DNA of 64,000 nucleotides from Felis catus (lineage: Eukaryota). Below are positions 11,821 through 22,215 of this stretch, piece by piece. How positions within the stretch are numbered: position 1 is the first letter of the stretch; each line of letters begins with the position of its first letter. The position numbers were made by a program, and so were the translations under genes. The notes beneath the pieces are model-generated. The model did no database searches, was not told the origin of the DNA, and saw nothing but the letters and a program-made list of their open reading frames with translations. The DNA is taken from contig NC_058369.1 in assembly GCF_018350175.1 (NCBI RefSeq), positions 15,068,001-15,132,000 on the forward strand. Reading direction: 5' to 3'.

Positions 11821-12847
11821 CAATCTGACCAGCCCAAGAGGAAAGAGCTAAAGATGGGGACATTCGTCCCCATCAACAGAATAACCAGAGCACGATTATG
11901 AGGCTCCCAGTTGATAACCTCCACCAACTCAGCTTTTTAATCTCTTTTAAATATGACTAGACAATTAGGATTTCAAGACATCTGAGGAGAGCTTCTAACA
12001 TGATAGACGCAGAATCAACCAACTAGCTAAACACAAAAAAAAACAACTTGGAGGAAAGAGACTATATAAGGAGAAGAAAGCACAACAAAGCAGAACAAAA
12101 ACAATTACTAAATTCCTTAAAGAGATAGCAGACAACATTATGTCTATGAAACAGGAACGGGATGTTATAAAACATGAAGATTCAGGGAGCCACAAAAGAG
12201 TTCTTGGAAATTAAAAAAAAAAAAATGATAGTTGATATTAACAAATAAATAGAAGGGTTGGAAGACTTCCCAGAAAGTAAAGCAAAAGGACAAAGAGAAA
12301 AAATAGAAAAGTTGAGAAATTAGAGATCCAGTATAGGGGATGCAACATCTGAATAATTTCTCAAATAATAATAATGCCCTCTCTTCTCAGAGAGAGAGCA
12401 AATGAGAGAAAGCATCATCAGTGATATAATTCAAGAAATCCCCCCAACCTGTATGATATGAGTTTCCAGATTTAAAGACTCATGGAGTGTCCAGCACAAT
12501 GGATAAAATAGGTCACATCAAGGCATAGAAACCTATGAACAAAGAAGAGTCTATAGTTTCCAGAGGCAAGAAATTGGTCTCATGCAAAGGAACAGAAATC
12601 AAAATGGGTTTGGATTTCTCAACAACAGCCCTGGAAGCTAGAAGATAGTGAAGCAATACCTTGCAAATGCTGAAGGCTTAATAACTTCCAATCAAGAATT
12701 CTATACCCAGCTACACTACCAATTGAGTATAAGGTAGAAAAGGGGCACTTTTAGATATCCAAGATCCAAGACAAGTAAAACAAACAAACAAACAAATAAT
12801 TCCAAACATCAAACTCCCACACTTTTTTTTAAGATTTTGTTATTTTT

Positions 12848-13060
12848 GGGGGTGCCTGGGTGGCTCAGTTGGTTAAGCCTCTGACTTTGGCTCAGGTCAT
12901 GATCTTGTGGTTCGTGAGTTTGAGCCCTGTGTCAGGCTCTATGCTGACAGCTCAGAGCCTGGAGTCTGCTTCAGATTCTGTGTCTCCCTCTCTCTGTGCC
13001 CCTCCCATGCTCACACTCTGTTTCTCTCTCTCTCTCAAAAATAAATAAACATTAAAAAAA
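12848..13060 (+). mobile_element. CanSINE inserted into the tail of an older short SINE
   Basis: TSD aagattttgtta(t/c)tttt on both sides. Confidence 0.92.
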
Positions 13061-13165
13061 AAGATTTTGTTACTTTTAAGTAATCTCTATATCCAATGTG
13101 GGGCTCCAACTCACAACCCTGAGATCAAGAGTCTCACGCTTTACCAACCGAGCCAGCCAGGCATT
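13061..13165 (-). mobile_element. Short tRNA-Lys-like CanSINE (old type)
   Basis: Minus strand cctggctggctcggttggtaaagcgtgagactcttgatctcagggttgtgag…tagagattactt. Confidence 0.8.
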
Positions 13166-13229
13166 CCCTCCCACACATGTATTGCCAGGAAAATACTGGA
13201 GGATGTGTTCCGTTAAAAGAAGAAATGCA

Positions 13230-13445
13230 GGGGCACCTGGGTGGCTCAGTTGGCTAATCATCTGACTTTGGCTCAGATCATGATCTTGGGGTTTGTGAGT
13301 TCAAGCCCCACATCAGGCACTGTGCTGACAGCTCAGAGCCTGGAATCTGCTTCGGATTCTGTGTCTCCCCCTCTCTCTGCCCCTCCCCTGCTCATGTTCT
13401 ATCTCTGTCTCTCTCAAAACTAAACATTAAAAAAAATTGTTTTAA
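13230..13445 (+). mobile_element. CanSINE
   Basis: Head, body and A-tail. Confidence 0.92.
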
Positions 13446-13469
13446 TTAAAAAGTGCATAAATCAGATGA

Positions 13470-14545
13470 ATCAATACAGGTTTGTGGGCTGAACTTCATA
13501 ACCTTAAGAAAAAAAATACAGAGTTACAAACAAAATCAGGTGTGAAAAATGACTATTATTTAGAACAAAGAAAGAAATACCCGCAAACTACAAACTTGAA
13601 AAAAAATGGGAACAAGATCCGGTAAAATATGGTATCTTTATTATTAACTCATCGGTACAGCTCAATATCATTTGTTCCTTCAAATGATTTTGCTTCCTTG
13701 ATGTGTGTGCAATTTCTTCAGGAACTGCCAAACTTCATGACAAGATACATCAGATGAGCTAAGATGACATCTTGATTTATTGGGTTGAATTCACATAGAA
13801 ATACTCACTGTTCATAGAAACCCTACACTGCTGTGCCCTACGAATACAGGAATTCTTACAAATTATGTTTGTGTGACTTCTGTTAAATACAGAGAACAAA
13901 GTAGTATGGTACACTTATCATTGTAAGTGCTGCCGTCATCCATTTATTTCTGACCGAAAGAAAAACTTTTAGTTTTTTGATAAGATGATAAGAACTGAAT
14001 ATTCTGCTTAAAATTGTGGTTTTGGGAATTGGAAGAGTGTTCTGCAGAGGGGTTTCTGGCTGTGTACGTGTCAAACTTGGCTCCTCCTGCACCATCCACG
14101 TACTGCTGGTTGGGCACTGTAGGACAAGTGAGTAATAGGACACCACCTCTGACCTTACCCCTTCTGGTCACCTCACCCCTTGAGTCAGCCAAGTGGGTGG
14201 GCATATTCCTGGAAGCCCCTGCTGCATGAGAGTAAGTCATGACTTAACTGTATGGGGAAGTGACTGTGAATTAGTTACGTGCCTTTCATCAAACCCCAAT
14301 TAAATGTATCTCCAATTCAACTTTTCCTTACCGAGATCCCAAAATGTCCACAGCTACTCAGCGCCGCATTGCCTAAGGGGAAGCGTGATGAAGGGGACGT
14401 GGGCGAGAACTTTTTCTGCGGTTGACATATGTGCCTTTGCAAATTGTTCAGGAAAAACATATGGCCGGGCGAGTACATACATGCCCTTGGAAGGGGCTGC
14501 ACAGTGACCTTCGAGCTTTCTAAGCTCCTGTGGTATATTAGCCAA
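13470..14545. mobile_element. hAT-Tip100 (Zaphod/MER115-like) DNA transposon remnant
   Basis: ttaagaaaaaaaatacagagttacaaacaaaatcagg… at the left and gcccttggaaggggctg…gagctttctaagctcctgtggta at the right resemble Zaphod/MER115 ends as recalled. Confidence 0.5.
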
Positions 14546-14773
14546 CGGACACAGAAAACACAAGATCCAGCTGGCGGGAGAGGCAAGAAATTCCCAGGCA
14601 GATGTGCACCAGGCTTACGGAGCTCAGAGTTGAGTCTAGCCTGAGTCAGGCTGTAAAACGTATGGCCAGGGACGGTGGGGGTCCCTCTCAAGGGAATAGA
14701 CGGACAGGGTGAAGTCAAATGGCGTGTTACTTTTATGGATGAGATCCTCAAATAATAATGGTGGTTGGCCACT

Positions 14774-14945
14774 GGGGCACCTGGGTGGCTCAGTTGGTTA
14801 AGGGTCCGACTTCGGCTCAGGTCGTGATCTCACGGTTCGTGAGTTTGAGCCCCGCGTCGGGCTCTCTGTTGTCCGCTGTCAGCACAGAGCCTGCTTCCAA
14901 TCCTCTGTCTTCCTTTCTCGGCTCCACCCTCAAAAATAAATACAT
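14774..14945 (+). mobile_element. CanSINE (shortened body)
   Basis: SINE head plus caaaaataaa tail. Confidence 0.88.
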
Positions 14946-15133
14946 ATTTTTAAAACCGGTGTTTGCCCGAGATGCATACCCCTCATACCTCAGCATACCC
15001 GTGCTTTCTAGATGCACCTAAGCCACATACAGCTGCACAGTGAGAGACAAGGAGCCAGCGCCATGGAGTGGCACACCAGCCCAGGACACTGACCTGGATT
15101 TTTGACACGAGAGAGGAATAAAGTTCTCTTTCT

Positions 15134-16717
15134 TTTTCTTAAAAAATTATTTATTTATTTTTTTAAATTTACATCCAGGTTAGTTAGTATATCGTGCAAC
15201 AATGATTTCAGGAGTAGATTCCTTAGTGCCCTTTCCCCACTTAGCCCCTCCCCCCTCCCACAACCCCTCCAGCAGCCCTCTGTTTGTTCTCCATATTTAA
15301 GAGTCTCTTACGTTTTGTTCCCCTCCTTGTTTTCATATTACTTTTGCTTCCCTTCCCTTGTGTTCATCTGTTCTGTGTCTTAAAGTCCTCATATGAGTGA
15401 AGTCATATATTTGTCTTTCTCTGACTGACTAATTTCACTTAGCATAATACCCTCCAGTTCCATCCACGTAGATGCAAACGGCAAGATTTCATTCTTTTTG
15501 ATTGCCGAGTAATACTCCATTGTATATGTATCCCACATCTTCTTTATCCATTCATCCATCGATGGACATGTGGGCTCTTTCCATACTTTGGCTACTGTTG
15601 ATGGTGCTGCTGTAAACATGGGGGTGCATGTGTCCCTTCGAAACCGCACACCTGTATCCCGTGGATAAATGCCTAGTAGTGCTATTGCTGAGTCATAGGC
15701 TAATTTTTAATTTTTTGAGGAACCTCCATACAGTTTTCTGGAGTGGCTGCGCCAGCTTGAATTCCCACCAACAATGCAAAAGGGATCCTCTTTCTCCACA
15801 TCCTCGCCAACATCTCGTTGTTGCCTGGGTTGCTGATGTTAGCCATTCTGACAGGTGGGAGGTGGTATCTCACTGTGGTTTTGATTTGTATTTGCCCGAT
15901 GATGAGTGATATTGAGCATTTTCTCATGTGTTGGTTGGCCATCTGGATGTCTTCTTTGGAGAAGTGTCTATTCATGTCTTTTGGCCATTTCTTCACCGCC
16001 TTATTTGTTTTTTGGGTGTTGACTTTGATAAGCTCTTTATAGAGTTTGGATACTAACCCTTATTCTGACATGTCGTTTGCAAATATCTTCTCCCATTCTG
16101 TCGGTTGCCTTTTAGTTTTGCTGATTGTTTCCTTCGCTGTGCAGAAGCTTTTTATTTTGGTCCCAGTAGTGCATTTTTGCTTTTGTTTCCCTTGCCTCCG
16201 GAGACGTGTTGAGTAAGAAATTGCTGTGGGCAAGATCAAAGAGGTTTTTGCCTGCTTTCTCCTCGAGGATTTTGATGGCTTCCTGTCTTACGTTTAGGTC
16301 TTTCATCCATTTTGAGTTTATTTTTGTGTCTGGTGTAAGAAAGTGGTCCAGGTTCATTCTTCTGCGTGTCTCCGTCCAGTTTTCCCAGCACCACTTGCTG
16401 AAGAGACTGTGTTTATTCCACTGGACCTTCTTTCCTGCTTTGTGAAAGATTAGTTGGCCATACGTTTGTGGGTCCATGTCTGGGTTCTCTATTCTGTTCC
16501 ATGGAGCTGAGTGTCTGTTCTTGTGCCAATACCATACTGTCTTGACGATTACAACTTTGTAGCATAGCTTGAAGTCCGGGATTGTGATGCCTCCTGCTTT
16601 GGTTTTCTTTTTCAAGATTGCTTTGGCTATTCGGGGTCTTTTCTGGTTCCAGACGCATTTTGGGATTGTTTGCTCTAGCTCTGTGAAGAATGCTGGTGTT
16701 ATTTTGATAGGGATTGC
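15134..16717 (-). mobile_element. 5'-truncated carnivore/felid L1 (ORF2 C-terminus + 3'UTR + polyA), disrupted
   Basis: Minus-strand ORF pieces AGGITIPDFKLCYK…KTVWYWHKNRH…[27 protein letters not shown] and MDEWIKKMW…YTMEYYSAIKKNEILPF are L1 ORF2p motifs split across frames. T-rich tail at ~15134-15164. Candidate degenerate TSD aagttctctttct (15121-15133) / aacttctcttcct (16719-16731). Confidence 0.96.
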
Positions 16718-16919
16718 GAACTTCTCTTCCTAAAGCTTCTGTGACTTTGGGCTTCCGGTCTCTTGTAACCGAACCTCGTCCTGAGGCAGGCATCACAGAT
16801 TTTTCTGGTGTTCTGGCATGTTTAAGGGAGAGCAGACCCAAGTGATTCACTCCAAAAAGGAACCTGACCTAAATGGGTGAAGTTCAATATCCCCGCGACT
16901 ACCAGTGTGGATTCTCCAG

Positions 16920-17075
16920 TCGGACGGGTTCAGATACGGCCCTGCCAGTTACCAGCATGTGCAAGTCTATATGTGCCTCAGTTTCCTCATCCATACACTG
17001 GGGCTAGGAGAGGGCACCCTCCTAGGGCGTTGTAAAGATTCGTGAGATACAGCGTGTGATGCATCTAGCCCGGAG
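16920..17075 (+). mobile_element. MIR SINE
   Basis: gtgcctcagtttcctcatc…agggcgttgtaaagattcgtgagat, the MIR core. Similar cores occur near 950, 3700, 10380, 23900, 30000, 46880, 58240 and 59140. Confidence 0.75.
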
Positions 17076-17779
17076 GTTGCCTTCGCCACGGGAGTCGCCA
17101 GGAGAGAGGTATCTGCTTGGCGGGAGCGGAAGCCATGGAGGTGGAAGAGAATGCTCTGGAAAGAGAGGTGTGGAGACAGACATCTTCACGGTCTCATTCA
17201 AGCGTGAAAGTGTCAGCTCCCCCAAGGGAGGGGGCGGTCTTGGCTTTATTGATCTGGATGTGCCTGGTGCCCAAAAGAGTGCTTGGCATCTAGTCGGCCT
17301 TCAGCAAATAGCCGGGGAGATGAATGGACTCGTCAAGCCGGCCAGTGCGCGGATTGCCCCGCCCGACGCAGCCGGCCGAGCCTGGAGAGCTCCTGGAGAC
17401 CGGGACCCTGAGAGGGTGAATGCACAGTTCATTTGAAAAAGGGGCGGGGCCCCCGGCTTCCAGAATGAGGCCACTGTAGCTCCAGCCAGGTGTCTGGCAG
17501 CCTTGTGGGATTGACCAGTGTCTGGTGAGCCAGGACTTTATCTGCTCTGAACACAGGGTGGGAGGAACATCCGTCTGAATCAGGCAGGCCATTTCTCTCT
17601 TTCCAGGCCACGAAGCAAGTTCACAAAAGTGGAGATTCTTTCGGGGCACCAACGGCCCTTAGTGTCACTGCGATACCGACTACTGTTTCCGGGGAGAAAA
17701 CCGTCCAGGCCCAGTTTGGGGCAGAAGACCCTTTGTGAGTCTTGAAACAGAGGAGCTCGCTGTGGTCTTGGGATGAGAT

Positions 17780-17822
17780 GGGGGGTTGGGGTTGGGGTTG
17801 GGGTGGGGGGGTGGGGGTGGGG
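17780..17822 (+). repeat. G-rich (GGGGTT/GGGGT)n tract, G-quadruplex-capable
   Basis: Seven runs of at least 4 G separated by 1-2 T. Confidence 0.9.
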
Positions 17823-18890
17823 CATGACTTAGCCGGCCAAGTAATTTGCCTCAGGGTAACCACGTGGTACGATTGCAGTCCTGGGATGAGTAAGGCAAAG
17901 AAGGAAGATCTTGCCAGAGCAGGTCGGCTGCTGGGGACGGAAGGGGGGCTGGGTGATCTCGGGTCTGCGTGACTCAGGCACGGGCCAGCTCTTCGATGCT
18001 CACCCCAGAGTTCCCCGAAGCCCAGGGATACATAATTCTGTCACCTCCCCAGCCAAGCCGCCTAGAAGGTCGAGGTAAACGACAGGTGGCAAAAAGAGAG
18101 GAAGGTGGACCGGAGACAGTGCTCTCTTCTCCGCCCTTCTCAAAGCTCGTGAAAGTGGGTCCCTGTAAGTCACTTGCCCTGCAGGGCGAAGAAAGGCACC
18201 CTGCCCTTCCTCGGAGAGCACCGCCCTCGGATATGACCCATGCCCGCGTCGAGCCCGTGCCTGCCGGCCTTGCTTCTTTCTTTTCTACGTTTCCGCTTGG
18301 AGTTTCAGAAGGGAAGGGCCTCTCTGATGCTTTCAGGAACCTTCTCGCCCTTGGAGAGGGAATTGAGTCATGTACTCATTGAGCTGGAGCCCTTGGAGCA
18401 CATCTGGTTGTCCCCTCCCGCTGGATAGAGTCTCAAGAGAGGGGATGTGACACAAGTCAAGTCACCCAGCAGGTGACCTTCAGAGCAGAAGCCAGATGTC
18501 TATCCAGGAGCACATGAGTCCTGCCCTCTGTCCCATCAGCATGCTGTCACCTGCCCCTGACACTCAGCCCTTTTTGCCTTGGCTTCCACTCCCACTGCTC
18601 TGCAGCCATTTTTCTCCCCAGAAGGGCCAAAGCCCCTCTTCTTGGTGCTCCCAGGTCTGAGGACAGGGAGATGGCTTTAGAAGGAGGTGGGGGTGGGGAA
18701 GGGTTGTGGGCTGAGGCTCTGAGGGTCCCGCTGCCTCATCCACGACCCCCCAGCGAGGTCACACGATGCCTCCAGGCTTCTCTGCCATAAAGTTACCATC
18801 TTTCCCCTTTCCCTGCTCCGTTCCTTGAAAGCAAATCACTAAGTCCACGATATGTCTTTTAAAGTCTTGGTATGTCACGATATGTCTTTT

Positions 18891-19102
18891 TTTTTTTTTC
18901 AACGTTTATTTATTTTCGGGACAGAGAGAGACAGAGCATGAACGGGGGAGGGCCAGAGAGAGAGGGAGACACAGAATCGGAAACAAGCTCCAGGCTCCGA
19001 GCCATCAGCCCAGAGCCCGACGCGGGGCTCGAACTCCCGGACCGCGAGATCGTGACCTGGCTGAAGTCGGACGCCTAACCGACTGCGCCACCCAGGCGCC
19101 CC
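18891..19102 (-). mobile_element. Young CanSINE without a flanking TSD
   Basis: Full CpG-rich body; the right flank (ggcaaagg…) does not match the left flank. Confidence 0.95.
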
Positions 19103-19423
19103 GGCAAAGGTATTTCCTAAACGAAGACAGCTCACGTTCCACCCCCCATCACACATAGTAGATTCCAGCAAATCAAAGACACCCCCCGTGGCTACGGCAC
19201 CTTGCTTCTTACCACTTGGAACTTCTCCACTGTCAGTACGACACCAGGGTCGAGTGAGCGTTTTTCTTTTTTCACTAACCCAGAGGATTATTGTTTCCTC
19301 CGTTGACTTGCATTTGCAGGGAGTTCAGTCAAAGTCGGCGGGACGCCTCTGACGGCTACATGTCGTATGTGCCTAACACTCCCCAGGTCTTTGTGGCATT
19401 CTGCTCTCCATTTGCACACTTCT

Positions 19424-19595
19424 CTAATTTATTTATTTATTTACTTATTATTTTAAACAATATTTTTTAGGTTTATTAATTTATTTGGAGAGAGCGGGCC
19501 CGTGTGTGTGAGCGAGTGGGGGAGGGGCAGAGAGAGAGAGAGAGAAGGAGAGAGAGAATCCCAAGCAGGCTTTGCAGGTGCACGTGCCGAGCCTG
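19424..19595 (-). mobile_element. 5'-truncated CanSINE with TSD
   Basis: Tail and (GA)n present, head absent; TSD tcc(a/g)tttgcacacttct (19407-19423 / 19596-19612). Confidence 0.88.
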
Positions 19596-19834
19596 TCCGT
19601 TTGCACACTTCTTAGTGACAACACAGGCTAATCTAATTCTGTTTCTTCTAGGTACATTTCGTAAGACCCACAGCACTTGGTTGTAGCTTTGCAAGAACCT
19701 GGGGAATCATAAGGGCAAGTATTTGTGACTCCACTGTTTAATTTGTGCCCCACTGCCCTATTTCCATGCCTTTCTGTGCCTACACCAGCTTTTTGCGTCC
19801 ATACTGAATCATGTTGCTATCTTTTGGATGTTAT

Positions 19835-20041
19835 TAAAAAATTTTTTTTCTTATTTATTTTTGAGAGAGAGAGAGAGAGCAAGCAGGGGAGGGGCAGAGA
19901 GAGAGGGAGACACAGAATCCGAAGCAGGCTCCAGGCTCTGAGCCGTCAGCACAGAGCCTGACGCGGGGCTCGAACTCACAAACCGCGAGATCATAACCTC
20001 CCCCAAATTGGATGGTTAACCGACTGGGCCACCCAGGCGCT
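19835..20041 (-). mobile_element. CanSINE
   Basis: Reverse-complement SINE; TSD gatgttatt. Confidence 0.92.
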
Positions 20042-20638
20042 CTAGATGTTATTTTAAATGGTAAGTAAACTCTAACCAACCATGCCTGTCATTCATTCAA
20101 AGGTGACACACACAACATGAACAGTTATGGCCAAATGTATGGTCACGGTCATGCCAAGGCCGCCATTGGTGGGCAACGGGATGCCCCCTCCTCCCCCTCC
20201 CCGTTTCAGAGATACTAGAAATTTTCAAAATATGTGACTTGGAATCGGTGAAATGCAGAGTTCTGGCTGTGTGTCTGGCATGAATCTCATTTCATTTATC
20301 TGGGTAACCTCCTCATAGAACTTAGCTCAGTGCTTACGACTATTCCAAAAATATTTATCAGAGGAATGAAGCCAACAGTCAATCAATATATATTGACAGA
20401 GCATTTACTGGGGATGAGGTCTCGTCACGATAAACGTTTGAAAACCCAAACCGGTTCCCTTTCTCAGCATGTTAATTTGCTCGTCCTGATTCTCTGATTC
20501 TCGTCACATTCCTGCAGCTGCTCCCGGCCAAGCTGAAGCCTCCCGTGGCTATACCGGTGGCCTCTCTCTTTCTTTTCCACTTGAGTAATACATACCCCCA
20601 ACTGCCCACCTTAGATTTTCTACAGGAGTCCTGATTTT

Positions 20639-20854
20639 TAATTTTTTTTTTCAACGTTTATTTATTTTTGGGACAGAGAGAGACAGAGCATGAACGGGGG
20701 AGGGGCAGAGAGAGAGGGAGACACAGAATCGGAAACAGGCTCCAGGCTCTGAGCCATCAGCCCAGAGCCCGACGCGGGGCTCGAACTCACGGACCGCGAG
20801 ATCGTGACCTGGCTGAAGTCGGACGCTTAACTGACCGCGTCACCCAGGCGCCCC
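20639..20854 (-). mobile_element. Young CanSINE
   Basis: Perfect 15-bp TSD aggagtcctgatttt (20624-20638 / 20855-20869). Confidence 0.97.
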
Positions 20855-21016
20855 AGGAGTCCTGATTTTAAAACATTCTTGTTTTCAGGGTGTCTCCGAA
20901 CGGATTTGGGGATCAGAAGGCGTGCTCATGGTAGTTCAACCCTCTGGTTCCTTTTCCTGCATGGACTTCTGATGGCTCAGCCAGGAGATGTGCTGAACCA
21001 CAAAAGATCCACACTA

Positions 21017-21222
21017 GGGGCGCCTGGGTGGCTCACTCAGTTGAGTGTCTTGTCCGACTTCGGCTCAGGTTATGATCTCGCGGTTTGTGAGTTCGAGCCC
21101 CACATCAGGCTCTCTGCTCTCAGCACAGAGCCTGCTTCAGATCCTCTGTCCCCCTCTCTTTGTCCTTCCCCTACTCACTCTCTCTCTCCCTTTCTCAAAA
21201 TTAATAAAATCTTAAAAAAAAA
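21017..21222 (+). mobile_element. CanSINE
   Basis: Head, body and tail; TSD atccacac. Confidence 0.9.
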
Positions 21223-21344
21223 TCCACACCAGAGTGTGTGATTTCCAGTTATATGCAAGCAGCCCTATCATTTCTTTTCCTTCCCACAGGGCAGATAATC
21301 GTCTCCCTGGATTCCTTCCTTCCTGCCTTCTTTCTTATTATTAA

Positions 21345-22215
21345 TAGATGTTAGGTTTTAGAACAGTTTTAGGTTTACAGAAAAATTGAGCAGATAGTAC
21401 GGAGAAGTCCCCCTGGGTGCCCCCCTCAAGAGTCCCCCCGCCCGCCCCGTTTCCCTTGTTAATATCTTATGTGACTCTGTTACATTTCTCACAATTAAGG
21501 AGCCAACATTAGCATATTATTGTTAACTAATGTCCATATTCGGAGTTCCTTAGTCCTTAACCTAATATCCCGTTTCTGTTCCAGGATCCCGTTCGAGACA
21601 CCACATCACAGTTCTTATGTCTCCTCAGACTCCTCTTGGCTGTGTAATTTTGTTTACTTTCTTTTGTTTAAAGTTTTACTTATCTTTAAGAGAGTGGGGA
21701 AGGGGCAGAGAGAGAGAGAGGGAGAGAGGATCCCAAGGAGGTTCCCAGCTGTCAGTGCAGAGCCTGATGCGGGGTTCGATCCCACGAACCATGAGATCAT
21801 GACCTGAGCCGAAATCAAGAGTCAGACGCTTTGAGCCACCCAGGCGCCCTGCTTTCCTTGTTTTTGATGACCTTCATGGTTTTGGGGAGTACTGGTCAGT
21901 TGTGCAGTAAGATGCCCCTCTCTTGGGATTCCTCCAATTTCCCCCCGCCCCCTCGGGATTAGACCGGCTTTGTGAGTTTTGGGCAGGAAGATCACCGAGG
22001 ACATTTTCATCACGTCTTGTCAAGGGTCTAAATGACCCACATGACTTAGCACTGTTAATGTTCATCTTGAGTGCCTGGCTGAGGTGGCTGGCATTCGTCA
22101 GGTTTCCCTCCCTGCCTCCACCCTTCCCATGTAATGCTCTTTGGAACTGAGTCACTGTGCTCAGACCACACTTCGTGAATGGGGAGTTGTGTTCCCTCTC
22201 ATTTAGGGTGGAGCT
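21345..22215 (-). mobile_element. L1MC-type 3' end, interrupted by a CanSINE (21660-21849, minus strand)
   Basis: ttttagaacagttttaggtttacagaaaaattgagcag…ctgttccaggatccc…gatgaccttcatggttttggggagtactggtcag, typical L1MC 3'UTR. Confidence 0.75.

Larger units (their letters stand above)
11821..13228 (+). mobile_element. HAL1 / ancient L1 ORF1-like remnant, interrupted by SINEs at 12848-13165
   Basis: A-rich sequence with ggatttctcaacaacagccctggaagctagaaga…agaattctatacccagc (12610-12712) and ggaaaatactggaggatgtg (13188-13207), characteristic of HAL1/L1 ORF1 3' region. Confidence 0.65.

Noticed and set aside
13061..13165. tRNA-Lys-like sequences (also ~32020, ~35990, ~55600, ~60802)
   Set aside because: tRNA-derived short CanSINEs with the tagagattactt 3' extension and a degenerate acceptor stem; not tRNA genes.
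15389..16850. ORFs with reverse-transcriptase-protein-like sequence
   Set aside because: Frameshifted fragments of a 5'-truncated L1 ORF2; neither a host gene nor an active element.
19103..19121. Flank ggcaaaggtatttcctaaa resembles the TSD of the SINE at 63060-63292 (ggcaaagctatttctaaa)
   Set aside because: Short imperfect match 44 kb away with no extended homology; most likely coincidence.
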